A stretch of 64,000 nt of DNA from Nitrospirota bacterium. GTDB taxonomy: Bacteria; Nitrospirota; UBA9217. The translations under genes were made by a program, and so were the position numbers. The notes under the pieces were generated by a model that worked only from the letters and a program-made list of their open reading frames with translations, ran no database searches and was not told where the DNA came from. Location: assembly GCA_963737155.1 (NCBI GenBank), contig CAVTRN010000001.1, forward strand, positions 1,280,001 to 1,344,000, in the 5' to 3' direction. Of this stretch, positions 31,942 to 42,002 are shown piece by piece; positions within the stretch are counted from its first letter, which is position 1, and each line of letters begins with the position of its first letter.

Positions 31942-33552
31942 ATGGGATTAAGAGAATACGCATCGAAACGGGAATTCGAGAAAACGCCCGAACCGAAGCC
32001 TGGCGTTCGCCAAGAGAGGAATCGTCTCATGTTTGTTGTTCATAAGCACGCAGCCCGTACTTTGCATTATGATCTCAGATTGGCGCTGGAGGGGGTTTTG
32101 AAGAGCTGGGCTGTCCCGAGGGGGCCCTCGCTGGATTCTTCCTTAAAAAGGTTGGCAGTCATGGTTGAAGACCACCCGCTCGGATATAAAGAGTTTGAGG
32201 GCGTTATACCGGAGGGCAATTACGGCGCAGGAAGCGTCATCATCTGGGATAAAGGTCTATATCATCATCCTTCTACACGTGACGAAGACGAAAGCGAAAA
32301 ACTTCTTTTGGACGGATTCAGAAAAGGGGATATGAAGTTTGTCCTCGAAGGGGAAAAACTTCATGGTGAATTTGCGCTGGTTAAAACAAGAAAGGACGGG
32401 AAATCGTGGCTGCTCCTGAAGAAAAAAGATCGAAATGCGACTAAAGGGAACATTCTCAAAGAGAACCGCTCAGTAGTGTCTCATAGAACTCTGGAGGAGA
32501 CACTCGAAGCCGATGCCCTAAAATCTTTCAGACAAAAGAAAGTCAACCAAATCCGTGTTGATGAAGCAATAGAAAGCGAAGACCTGAAGGATGTGCCAAG
32601 CAAACCTATGCCGCAGGCTATAAAACCGATGCTCGCGATAATGGTCAAGGAACCTTTTGATCATCCCGATTGGATTTTTGAGGTGAAATGGGATGGATAC
32701 CGGGCCTTTGCCGAAATTCGTGATAACGCTGTTTCGCTTTATTCCCGGAATGGGATCTCCTTCAATAAAAAGTTCTCTCCTGTTGTCGAGTCGCTTCGGA
32801 TATTTGGAATTGACGCAGTTCTGGACGGCGAAATTGTTGTGGCTGACGACCAGGGACGCCCTAATTTTCAGATGCTACAGCATTATGAGGAATCGAGACG
32901 CGGTCATTTGCTCTACTACGTTTTTGATATCCTCTATTTTCAGGGACATGATCTGACGAACCTGCCCCTGATCAGGAGGAAAGAACTCTTGAAAAAAATT
33001 CTCCCGATCGGCACAAAAATAAGATTTAGCGATCACGTATGGAAGGAAGGAGTCTTGTTTTACCATGTTTCCAAAGAAAAGGGGTTGGAGGGGATCATCG
33101 CCAAACATTCTCAAAGCGCGTACGAAACGGGAACAAGAAGCCGGAAGTGGTTAAAAGTCAAGACGCGGTTCACGCAGGAGGGCGTGATAGCAGGATTTAC
33201 AGAACCGGGAGGGAGTAGAGAATATTTCGGTGCCCTTGTCCTGGGAGCATTCGAAAGGGACGAGTTGAAGTACATAGGCCATGTAGGAGGCGGATTTACG
33301 ACGAAATATTTGAAGGATATCCGCGAACAATTGGGTCCCCTGATCCGGAAAGAATGCCCCTTTAACGTAACACCGGAGACCAATGCCCCGGTCACTTGGG
33401 TAAAGCCGGAGCTGGTCTGCGAGGTCACATTATCCGGCTGGACTGATGATGCTATCATGAGGCAGCCCGTATTTCTGCGGTTGCGCGAGGACAAAGTCGC
33501 CAGCGAAGTTGTGCGAGAGAAACCACTGACGAGCAGCGAGGGAGGACCGTAA
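31942..33552 (+). CDS. ligD: LigD: 3'-phosphoesterase plus ATP-dependent ligase domains
   Basis: HAARTLHYDLRL, KSWAVPRGPS, VEDHP, EVKWDGYR, GLEGIIAK, WLKVK. Confidence 0.92.
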   Translation: MGLREYASKREFEKTPEPKPGVRQERNRLMFVVHKHAARTLHYDLRLALEGVLKSWAVPRGPSLDSSLKRLAVMVEDHPLGYKEFEGVIPEGNYGAGSVIIWDKGLYHHPSTRDEDESEKLLLDGFRKGDMKFVLEGEKLHGEFALVKTRKDGKSWLLLKKKDRNATKGNILKENRSVVSHRTLEETLEADALKSFRQKKVNQIRVDEAIESEDLKDVPSKPMPQAIKPMLAIMVKEPFDHPDWIFEVKWDGYRAFAEIRDNAVSLYSRNGISFNKKFSPVVESLRIFGIDAVLDGEIVVADDQGRPNFQMLQHYEESRRGHLLYYVFDILYFQGHDLTNLPLIRRKELLKKILPIGTKIRFSDHVWKEGVLFYHVSKEKGLEGIIAKHSQSAYETGTRSRKWLKVKTRFTQEGVIAGFTEPGGSREYFGALVLGAFERDELKYIGHVGGGFTTKYLKDIREQLGPLIRKECPFNVTPETNAPVTWVKPELVCEVTLSGWTDDAIMRQPVFLRLREDKVASEVVREKPLTSSEGGP

Positions 33553-33553
33553 T

Positions 33554-34306
33554 ATGATGAAAATCTATACAGGAACAAGTGGGTTTGCGCATAAGGAATG
33601 GAAAGGAAAATTCTATCCTGAAAAGATCTCGCCCAAGGAAATGCTTCATTCTTATGCGGAACGTTTTAAAACTGTAGAGATCAACAATACTTTTTATCAT
33701 ATGCCCAAAGAGAGTGTGCTCACATCCTGGACAGACCAAGTCCCGAGTGATTTTGTGTTCGCACTCAAGGCGCCTCAGGTCATAACACATATTAAGCAGT
33801 TGATAAATGTGTTTGAGCAGACCGAGTACCTCTTTAAGTCGCTGTCTGTTATGGAGAGGAAACTGGGGCCAATCCTTTTTCAGTTCCCCAAAAGTTTTTT
33901 TGCGAACGTGCGTGTGCTAAAGGATTTTCTCGCACTGATTCCTGGCACTGCGGCCTGCGCATTTGAGTTTCGCAGCCCATCTTGGGTCGATGCTGGCATG
34001 CCAGATCTCCTTCGTGAAAGCGGATGCAGCCTGTGTATCGCCGATACCGATGAGAATCCGGCACAGGAGATCATCAGCACAGCGCAATGGGGGTATTTAC
34101 GCCTGCGCCGTTCAAATTATAGGGATGCCGATCTGTCACAATGGGTGGAAAGAATCTGTTCTCAAAAATGGGAGAAGGCCTTCGTTTATTTTAAACATGA
34201 GGACGAGGCCAAAGGGGCCGAAATGGCAATGCGCTTTCAGGAGTTCGTCGATTCTAGATTAAACAAGGGAAAAAGCAAGATAGGAAAGATACGGAAAGCC
34301 GGCTAG
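33554..34306 (+). CDS. DUF72 family protein
   Basis: GTSGFAHKEWKGKFYP, VEINNTFY, LGPILFQFP, FEFRSPSW. Confidence 0.9.
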   Translation: MMKIYTGTSGFAHKEWKGKFYPEKISPKEMLHSYAERFKTVEINNTFYHMPKESVLTSWTDQVPSDFVFALKAPQVITHIKQLINVFEQTEYLFKSLSVMERKLGPILFQFPKSFFANVRVLKDFLALIPGTAACAFEFRSPSWVDAGMPDLLRESGCSLCIADTDENPAQEIISTAQWGYLRLRRSNYRDADLSQWVERICSQKWEKAFVYFKHEDEAKGAEMAMRFQEFVDSRLNKGKSKIGKIRKAG

Positions 34307-34329
34307 AGGAGGGCCGCAGAGTAAATTCC

Positions 34330-34356
34330 GTCATGTCTGCGTAAGCGGGGAACCAG
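34330..34356 (+). repeat. Degenerate GTCATTCCCGCG..GCGGGAATCCAG-type palindromic repeat
   Basis: GTCATGTCTGCGTAAGCGGGGAACCAG. Single copy in the window. Confidence 0.3.
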
Positions 34357-34559
34357 GTTGTTTATTGTTTGCACATTCCCTTCGCGGCCTAAAAAAAAAT
34401 TTTAACCAGTCTAAACTCTTGGTTGTGTGTTGTCCGTTTGAGTGGTGTAAATATGAACTCGCGATTTCCTTCGGGAATTATGCAGGTTTAGACGGAATCA
34501 ACAAGAACATGGTTAATTGCTGATAAGTTGTCGCACGCAAACCCGATCATTGGGTAACC

Positions 34560-35144
34560 ATTCTTCTGAATGAGGTGCTGCAATTTTTCGAAATCGATTT
34601 GGGGGCAAGACAACCTTGGGCGAAGACCAGGTGACCGCACTTTTACGGAGGGCCATTTTATCTAGTTTGAGCAGGCCCGTGAATGCGAGTTGCACCATTC
34701 GTACCAGCAGATCGCGCCCGCACTCAAACCCGCAAGCACTGTTCTCTGTTACCCAACTTTGATAAGCAGCTCGTCGATCCCCAGGCGCAGCCACATTATC
34801 ATCATGCGAAGGGCATTGCTTCCTTCGACATAAATCAGATCGACCGACTTGATTTTCCTGGTTGCCGCTACCCGGTCATAGGGGTTTCTATAGAGATGGA
34901 TCTTGTCAGTTTTGCACCATGGCAAAACCCCGTAGAAATGGTCGAACGCCGCGCAATGGCCAACTGGATCGTAGCTTGCAGTGGGTCTGAAGAGCACACG
35001 AGGAGTTTTCTTGCTTGTGGTTTTGACGATATACCTGTCGATCTCAAGTGTCTCCTTCTTCTTCAAACTGTTGCCACAGATGGCAATAATATTCATAGCT
35101 TCTTTGTCATTCTCCGACTTACCAAAGTAGGGTTTTTTTATCAC
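34560..35144 (-). pseudogene. Peptidase E (S51 family) pseudogene
   Basis: PTAS and DLIYVEGSN motifs. A premature TAA precedes the in-frame catalytic LAGLSAGAICW. Confidence 0.7.
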
Positions 35145-37093
35145 GTTCTTTTTTCCCCGCCGAACATTTTCACAATATTCTTGACCAAGGCAGGCAGCGA
35201 CGGATCCCGTGCTCCCATGACAAGCACACAGTCTCCTGATCTCGCCTCAGTTTTTAATTCGGTCAATAACTCATCGCGATTCTGAACCGCATGTGCTTTG
35301 AACGCGACGGGGCCAAGACCCTGTATAATGTCTTCTGAAGAAATGTTTTTTTCCACACTGCCTCCTACATAATAGATCGGCAGGAGAAAGAGCGAGTCAT
35401 GTTGCATAAAGGCGGTCTGGAAGGTTGAGATGTATTCATTCTTTAAGAATCGTGTTGAACCGAACCCGTGCGGCTGGTATATGGCAAGAATGCGGTCGGA
35501 AAGACCGCGCGCGGCACTGACGGCAGCCGCTATCTTTGCTGGATTATGAGCAAAGTCGTCGATCACCTGTATGTTCTGATTTGTGCTAGTCACGGAAAAA
35601 CGACGGGCCACTCCCTCATAATTGATAACAGCATCGGCAAGTGCCGTTTGCTCGCATCCAAAATGCTCGCATACGCAGAGCGCCGCATGTAGGTTCTCAA
35701 GATTATGACTGCCAGGGAGTGGTAGGTGATATTCAGTATCTCTTTTAAAAAGCTTGACTGACGTCGGCAGGAGTTCCTCACGATCCCCTCGACACAAGGC
35801 CGAACCATTTTGGCCGAAGCGCTCGGATGCAGGAAGGGAATAAAGGACCGGATCAGCTGCATTCGAAGCAGTCCAGAGAGATTGTGATACAAGTATTTCG
35901 AAAAGTAGTTTTATATCGTCAATACTTTTATGGTCCTTGGAAAGATTCAAGATAACTGCAGCCTCAGGACGGTATTTGACGATGGTTCCGTCGCTTTCAT
36001 CCGCTTCTACGACCAGGAGCTCGGAGCCCCCATTATAGGCATTCCCAATAAGCCCCTGCTTTTCGAGCCTGCGCAGACTGGCGCCGCTTATGAGGGAGGG
36101 CGATTTTCCACAGGCGGTCAGGAATTCGAATATCATTGCTGTCACTGTCGATTTGCCGCTTGTGCCGGCGACGACAATTGTCTTTTTTGTCGTGATGATT
36201 GCGGCGAGCAGATCGGAGCGATGGATGATTGGAACGCCGTGGCTGTGCGCAGCGATGATGTCAGGATTTGATTCTTCTATTGCTGTTGAAACGCAAACAA
36301 CATCGGTATTCGTACCCACACCCGATCCGTCCTGAGGAACGATCGCACACCCAAGCCCTTCCAGTGATTGCCGGAGAGAGGTTGTATCCTCACTTGCCAT
36401 TAAACGATCAGAACCCGAGACCGTGATTCCCTGAAAGCGCAGGTATTGTGCAAGTGCGCTCATGCCGCTTCCGAAAATGCCGGTAAAATGGACGCTGTGG
36501 CATCGGCTTTTGTTGATAACGATGGGAGGAGGATCAATGTAAACGAGCGTCCCTTCCTGGACAGTTTCAAATAACTGGATGATATCGCGATTTCGCATGC
36601 AGACACAACCGTGCGACAGAGGAGTGCCAATGAGGTCCTCCCGCCCGGTGCCGTGGATATAGATATAGCGCTCAAAGGAATCCACACCCGTGCCCTTGTT
36701 GATCCCTTCCTCAAGACCTTCGAGCCGCAGAATGCGGGTCAAGATCAGATTATCTGCAGACAGACTGTGATCCCAGTCAATGCTTGTATCCTCACGGTCT
36801 CTGAAAATACGGCCGACAGGCGCGCCTGATCCAAACTTTTCCTTAATCCAATGCATGCCGAGAGGCGTTTTAAGTGAATTTTCCCGGTTGCCGTTGCCGA
36901 AGCGTGACGTCGAGATGTCGTATCGCTCGACAATGGTATCGTTCGCGCAGACGAGGAGCGTTTGTGCCTCGATGGACACCACGAGATAAAGCTCTTGCGG
37001 GTCTATTAAAAATTTGCGTAATTTTTCGTAAATACGACTTGATCGAGCTGTTTCCATATGAGAAGATGCGTTACTTTCTTTAATATTGTGCAA
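35141..37093 (-). CDS. Fusion of a YkuD L,D-transpeptidase/carboxypeptidase domain to a MurC/Mpl-like ligase
   Basis: N-terminal YIHGT...SHGCVCMRN, then GIFGSGMSALA, AGTSGKSTVT, VEADESD, DDFAHNP, QPHG. No signal peptide. Confidence 0.85.
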   Translation of the reverse strand: MHNIKESNASSHMETARSSRIYEKLRKFLIDPQELYLVVSIEAQTLLVCANDTIVERYDISTSRFGNGNRENSLKTPLGMHWIKEKFGSGAPVGRIFRDREDTSIDWDHSLSADNLILTRILRLEGLEEGINKGTGVDSFERYIYIHGTGREDLIGTPLSHGCVCMRNRDIIQLFETVQEGTLVYIDPPPIVINKSRCHSVHFTGIFGSGMSALAQYLRFQGITVSGSDRLMASEDTTSLRQSLEGLGCAIVPQDGSGVGTNTDVVCVSTAIEESNPDIIAAHSHGVPIIHRSDLLAAIITTKKTIVVAGTSGKSTVTAMIFEFLTACGKSPSLISGASLRRLEKQGLIGNAYNGGSELLVVEADESDGTIVKYRPEAAVILNLSKDHKSIDDIKLLFEILVSQSLWTASNAADPVLYSLPASERFGQNGSALCRGDREELLPTSVKLFKRDTEYHLPLPGSHNLENLHAALCVCEHFGCEQTALADAVINYEGVARRFSVTSTNQNIQVIDDFAHNPAKIAAAVSAARGLSDRILAIYQPHGFGSTRFLKNEYISTFQTAFMQHDSLFLLPIYYVGGSVEKNISSEDIIQGLGPVAFKAHAVQNRDELLTELKTEARSGDCVLVMGARDPSLPALVKNIVKMFGGEKRT

Positions 37094-37359
37094 TGCTATT
37101 TATATTTTACGACCCCATGAAAAGTCAACTTTTAGCCGGAGACTGGGAGAAAAAAGGTGTGCTGTGCCTACAACAATATAATGGCAGCTGTGTCACATGT
37201 CAAGATGATAGGCAGCATATTTATTATACCAAAGGAGGAATGTTTCATTATTTTACATAAAAAAGCGTCTCTGGCCGTAGTCAAACTGAACCTTTTAAAT
37301 GGTACTCAACAGTTAACTTTTATCTTATATGATATTATATATTGTGATATATTATGTAC

Positions 37360-37665
37360 ATGAAATTAAGCGGTTGGGTAAAACAACTGGGGATTACCTA
37401 TCAAGCTGCATGGAAACGGTGGAAGGCTGGCAAACTTCCTGTTGAGGCTGCACAGATGCCAACCGGCACAAGCATCGTCAAAGAGCAGAAAACCGTTCAA
37501 GGTGCCCTTGCTCTTTATGCCCGGATATCCAGTCATTACCAAAAGAAAGACATGGACGTGCAGCTTGGTCGGCTTTCCGCATATGCCGCTTCTAATGCTC
37601 TTTTGTCTTTTATGATGCGTAGAACAAATTGCAGGTGCATCGATACGGTTTTCTATGACAATTGA
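37360..37665 (+). pseudogene. Truncated IS607-family serine recombinase (TnpA)
   Basis: MKLSGWVKQLGITYQAAWKRWKAGKLP...LYARISS.. Diverges after about 75 aa. No tnpB follows. Confidence 0.75.
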
Positions 37666-37770
37666 ACAATTAAATTATTACCTTGATGTGGGAGATTTCT
37701 ATTTTGATGTGACAGATGATAGGTGGTATATTTTTCACAGATGATGTAAAATGAAACTGAGGTGTAGGGA

Positions 37771-37962
37771 ATGATCATACGTTTACCAAAAACCGTTGAT
37801 TCAGGCGGCTCGGGGAAAGAGTACAAAGTCGCAGAGAACCAAGCGACGCCAGATAGTGAAGAGTCCTGCAGATGTAAGGAAGCCTCGAAAATGACGCCGC
37901 GTGAACTTCTCAGACTCATGATGAGCGACTTGATTTTCTGGAAAAAAACTAAAAAGGGTTGA
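37771..37962 (+). CDS. Small hypothetical protein
   Basis: GAGGTG RBS, 63 aa, ends SDLIFWKKTKKG. Confidence 0.45.
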   Translation: MIIRLPKTVDSGGSGKEYKVAENQATPDSEESCRCKEASKMTPRELLRLMMSDLIFWKKTKKG

Positions 37963-38030
37963 TCTTGGGACCACGCTGCAATGTTCACATGAGATACCGA
38001 GAAAACTGTTCTGAACGGAGAAAATGATCA

Positions 38031-38636
38031 ATGGGTGAAAAGCAGATATTCCAGTCCCTTACCAGGGAAGATAAAATAACGGTTGTACTCTACCGCGTGG
38101 GTATAGTCCTATCCGCAATCTTCATCGCCGGTCTCGCGTGGTTCCTAAGGATAGCATCATCAAATATCAATACTTCACTCATCAGCCCATCATCGGATAT
38201 TCTCACCTATGGGCTCTATATATCTGTCGGGATGAGTGTATTCTTCATTCATCTTTATATAGGCCAGTTCAAAAAATATCTAAGAAATCTATACCTCATT
38301 GGCCTTGCTTGTCTTGTAGCGCTTCTCTTTGTAGGAAAGGGGTCCCCGTCCGGTGCGATCGAGCACCAGCCTTACAGCCTGCTGCTTCTGCTGCCGCTAT
38401 CCGGATGCTTGGGATTTGTGACCGCGAAGGAGGCTTTCTGCTTCCAGCTCTTTGAAGGTTATCTCCTTGCTATGATCATGCCGCTTTATCTGCTCTTGGT
38501 TTCGAGCAGTAGCCTCACAGGTGGTGGCGCATCTTATGGTTTGATTTTGATCGCTGTTGTACTGGTCATTTTCACACTGCGAAAAGCTTTCATGCCCATC
38601 GCTTACGATATTGGCGACAAATCCGCTTATCGCTGA
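38031..38636 (+). CDS. DUF2301-family membrane protein
   Basis: DKITVVLYRVG, FIHLY, KEAFCF, DIGDKSAY. Confidence 0.8.
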   Translation: MGEKQIFQSLTREDKITVVLYRVGIVLSAIFIAGLAWFLRIASSNINTSLISPSSDILTYGLYISVGMSVFFIHLYIGQFKKYLRNLYLIGLACLVALLFVGKGSPSGAIEHQPYSLLLLLPLSGCLGFVTAKEAFCFQLFEGYLLAMIMPLYLLLVSSSSLTGGGASYGLILIAVVLVIFTLRKAFMPIAYDIGDKSAYR

Positions 38637-39037
38637 CAAAAGGCCGTCCAGGTGCAGATGTGCAGACCTTAATACAGTTTTACTTCGTCTTCTCGCGCAA
38701 TAGCGCTCAAATCCTTCTTGTTTTAACCTCAGTATTCGGATGCTCAGAGTAAATATTCGATTCTTGGTCCAATAATTGATAACGGTTCTATCCCGAGCTA
38801 TGCTTTGACTAAGAGGGCGCTTATCCATATTCGAAATCAATAGTATTGCTAAACTTCGATGGTCCATACAAGGGATGCATTTGGACGAAATCCAGATTCC
38901 TCCGGTACCTGTCCTCGGGGCTTCGCTTATTCGATTATATCGATAGCGGGCTGATCACATGGAAAAGGACCAAGGTAATAGATTCCATGGGGTTGCCCAT
39001 ATCAGATTCCATGCTGTAAAATAAGGGAGGCATTTAT

Positions 39038-39424
39038 ATGATAGCCAACAACGCCGAGGCTCGAAAACAAGTTGCCGTACAATTCCTGCAGCTTGTCGTG
39101 GCAGGCCGCATCGACGAAGCTTACGAAAAGCATGTGGATCTGCAAGGTAAGCACCACAATCCGTCCTTTCCTGCAGGTTTTCCAGCGCTGAAAAAGGCAA
39201 TGATCGAGAATCACATTGAGTTCCCGATCAAGCAGTTTTTTGTCAAGAATGTCCTCAGCGATGGCGACATGGTGGCCGTGCACTCTCACATTGTACTGCG
39301 TCCTGGCGAGACAGGCATGATGGCCGTGCACTTGTTTCGCTTCCAAATTAGCAGGATCGTAGAAATGTGGGACTGCGGTCAGCCTGTGCCGCCTGATTCT
39401 CCGAATAAGGATGGGGTATTCTAG
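39038..39424 (+). CDS. SnoaL-like/NTF2-family protein
   Basis: KHHNP, DGDMVAVHSH, HLFRF..RIVEMWD. Confidence 0.8.
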   Translation: MIANNAEARKQVAVQFLQLVVAGRIDEAYEKHVDLQGKHHNPSFPAGFPALKKAMIENHIEFPIKQFFVKNVLSDGDMVAVHSHIVLRPGETGMMAVHLFRFQISRIVEMWDCGQPVPPDSPNKDGVF

Positions 39425-39435
39425 GAGGTAAGATT

Positions 39436-39860
39436 TTGAGAAAAGTGACCGTAACCGAAGACGTAACCCCGATAGGAGTCATGGAAAACCTCGGAGGTGC
39501 TGAAAAATCCGAACACGGTGGCTGAAGCTTTGAATTCCGGAACGAGGAAACAGCGAAGTATAAATTCGATGAACTCATTGCAAGCAGCCTTCTCCTGCTG
39601 GGACGATAGACCTGCTAAAGCTTTAACAAGCCGAGGGAGAAAATACAAAGCTGATCAAAAAAATGTCGCTGCAGGGGTCTCTAAGATGAAGCAACAGCCT
39701 GGTTAGGATGCTTGGTGGCCGTAGCGGAGAACTGGTACGCACGCCTTATGCAACATGACCTTATTGCTGAGTATCGGCTCATGGTTCATCCCGTTGCTCG
39801 GAGCAGTGGCAAGCGTCTTTCCCAAAAAGGGAGGGGAAGGAAGGACTTGAAGCTGATGGG
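39436..39860 (+). pseudogene. Dihydrofolate reductase-family pseudogene
   Basis: AGGAGG RBS, LRKVTVTEDVTPIGVMENLGGAEKSEHGG*...YKFDEL, later LMQHDLIAEYRLMVHPV..SGKRLF. Stops and a deletion. Confidence 0.7.
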
Positions 39861-40099
39861 TAAAAAGGATGTTTGCTAAAGGCATTTGTTTTTAGATTAT
39901 CAAAGACAACAATCAATTGCCATGCGGAGTGGTGCAAATACGCTTAGTAAAATAATTTGACATTATTAAAATGGGGTGCTATTTATTGTTATAATTTGCA
40001 AATCGCAATCTGCTCGCCGGTTGTTTTATTAGAATGTCATTCTATGTCATAAGTAGAAGGCACAAAAATCATTGCCTCTTGAAAGGAAATAAACACATA

Positions 40100-40468
40100 A
40101 TGGAAAACAAGGAGTTTGTATTTGTTATCACACACTCGTATGATGCAATTGAGCGCGCGGCTGCGGCTCTTCAACTTGCGACGAACATGGCAGTATTCGA
40201 TGCAAAGATAGACTTCTTCCTAATGAACGAAGGGATTCACTTGGCGAAAAAAGGTTTCGCAGAGTCCGTCACATGGCAGAAGGGATTTTCCCCGGTTGCG
40301 GAGCTTATGAAAAGCTTAGTGGAGGATTTTGACTGCAAGTTTTATATATGCGCATCCTGTGTTAAGACCTACGGTCTTGAAGGCATGGAATGGATAAAAA
40401 ATGCAGAGGTCAAACCGGGTTCCTACTTGGGAGAGCTCCTCATGAAGCGCCAGAATGTCACCTTCTGA
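40100..40468 (+). CDS. DsrE/DsrF-like sulfur relay family protein
   Basis: FFLMNEGIHLAKKG, YICASC. Candidate TTGACA-N17-TATTTA promoter at 39957-39985. Confidence 0.75.
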   Translation: MENKEFVFVITHSYDAIERAAAALQLATNMAVFDAKIDFFLMNEGIHLAKKGFAESVTWQKGFSPVAELMKSLVEDFDCKFYICASCVKTYGLEGMEWIKNAEVKPGSYLGELLMKRQNVTF

Positions 40469-40510
40469 TTGGTGCTCAGCGATATGTACTCCCCCCAAAT
40501 TCGTATTTTT

Positions 40511-41158
40511 TCAGGGACGAGAAATCGTCCCCTCTTTCATGAGCAGCAGTACATCCTCTAGGCGATTTCCCTGTTCCCGGTCGTGAGTGGTCATGATGAC
40601 GGTGGTACGGCCATCGATTTTCATTGCTCTTATGATAGACTCGATGATATCGGTATTTTCCTGGTCCACCGATGCGGTGGGTTCATCAAGGAAAAGGATT
40701 TCGGGCTCGATGGCCAGTGCCCGGGCAATGCCGAGTCGCTGGGTTTCGCCGCTCGAGAGGGTGAGGGCGCGCTGGTTTATTTTATGTTCCAGACCGACAA
40801 AGGCAAGAGCAGTATTGACTTTATGATCGATTTCCCGGTGGGGCATTCCCCGGATGCTCAAGCCGTAAGCGACGTTTTTGTACACAGTCGTATTGAATGC
40901 CCCGGTCCGGGAGAGCACGAGTGTTATCCTTCTCCTGAGTAAAAGATTCTGCTGCAAAGGCACCTTGCCGTCAAAAAAAGCAATATCGCCTCCATCCCTA
41001 TTTTCAATCAAAGCGCAGATTCTCAGAAACGTGGATTTACCGCATCCGTTCGGCCCCATCAAGACGTAGGTGCCTCGGCTGTCAAAGGAGGCGGAGCAAT
41101 CGCGAAGAATAGCTTTCCCCCCGTATTCCTTTCTGATATGAGAGACAATGAGCTTCAT
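40511..41158 (-). CDS. tupC: Tungstate ABC transporter ATPase
   Basis: GPNGCGKS, LSSGETQR, LDEPT, position in the operon. Confidence 0.8.
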   Translation of the reverse strand: MKLIVSHIRKEYGGKAILRDCSASFDSRGTYVLMGPNGCGKSTFLRICALIENRDGGDIAFFDGKVPLQQNLLLRRRITLVLSRTGAFNTTVYKNVAYGLSIRGMPHREIDHKVNTALAFVGLEHKINQRALTLSSGETQRLGIARALAIEPEILFLDEPTASVDQENTDIIESIIRAMKIDGRTTVIMTTHDREQGNRLEDVLLLMKEGTISRP

Positions 41159-41181
41159 AAGCTAAAGCAAGGGGCAAAGGG

Positions 41182-41877
41182 CTATGCCGCTCCTCTTTTT
41201 TGCACTGCATGAAACGCCATGTTGATGATGAATGACATTAGCAACAGTATGATGCCAAGGGCAAGAGCTAGTTCGAAGTTCCCCTTGTCCGTTTCAAGCG
41301 CTATGGTAGTCGTCATGACACGGGTGTAGCCCGCGATGTTGCCGCCTACGATCAGGATGGAACCCACTTCCGCGCTGACCCTCCCGAAAGCCGCAATAAC
41401 GGCGGAAAGGATGCCATGGCGCGCTTCCCGGATAAGGGCCGTCGTTTCCTGCAGTGGTGTTGCACCGAGGGTGCGTGCCGCCTGTCTGATGATGGGGTCT
41501 ATGCTCACGATGGCGGAGTAGCAGAGGGCGGACACGATCGGGACCGCAAGAATCGTCTGGGCGATAATCATGGCTGACGGAGTATAAAGCAAGCCGAGGA
41601 ACCCTAGAGGGCCTCGCCGGGAAAGTGCGAGATAGACAAAGAGACCAATCACGACTGGTGGGAGCCCCATGAACGTATTCATCAAACTGACAGTGAGATC
41701 TCGTCCCGGGAATTTATTTAGTCCCACAATCGCGCCGAAGGGCAGACCGAGAATGGTTGCGAACAACAGGGCAAGGCCGGACACCCTAAGGGACAGGGAA
41801 AAAATGCCGAGGAGCTCGGGATTAAGGTTGAGGATGAGGTTGAAGGCTTGTATGAATCCGCCGAGGAGAGAGTCCAT
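41182..41877 (-). CDS. tupB: Tungstate ABC transporter permease
   Basis: MGLPPVVIGL, SRRGPLG, FGRVSAEVG...VGGNI...TRVMTTTIALET. Confidence 0.9.
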   Translation of the reverse strand: MDSLLGGFIQAFNLILNLNPELLGIFSLSLRVSGLALLFATILGLPFGAIVGLNKFPGRDLTVSLMNTFMGLPPVVIGLFVYLALSRRGPLGFLGLLYTPSAMIIAQTILAVPIVSALCYSAIVSIDPIIRQAARTLGATPLQETTALIREARHGILSAVIAAFGRVSAEVGSILIVGGNIAGYTRVMTTTIALETDKGNFELALALGIILLLMSFIINMAFHAVQKRGAA

Positions 41878-42002
41878 ATGATTCTGACAGGCCGCAGCTT
41901 TCCGCAGAAAAAGAAAGGATCAAGCAGCAGGTTATCAAATTGGGAGAACGTGTCGCCTCCTGTCTGATCTCGGGCCTTGGCAGTTCCTCACTTTCACTTG
42001 AA

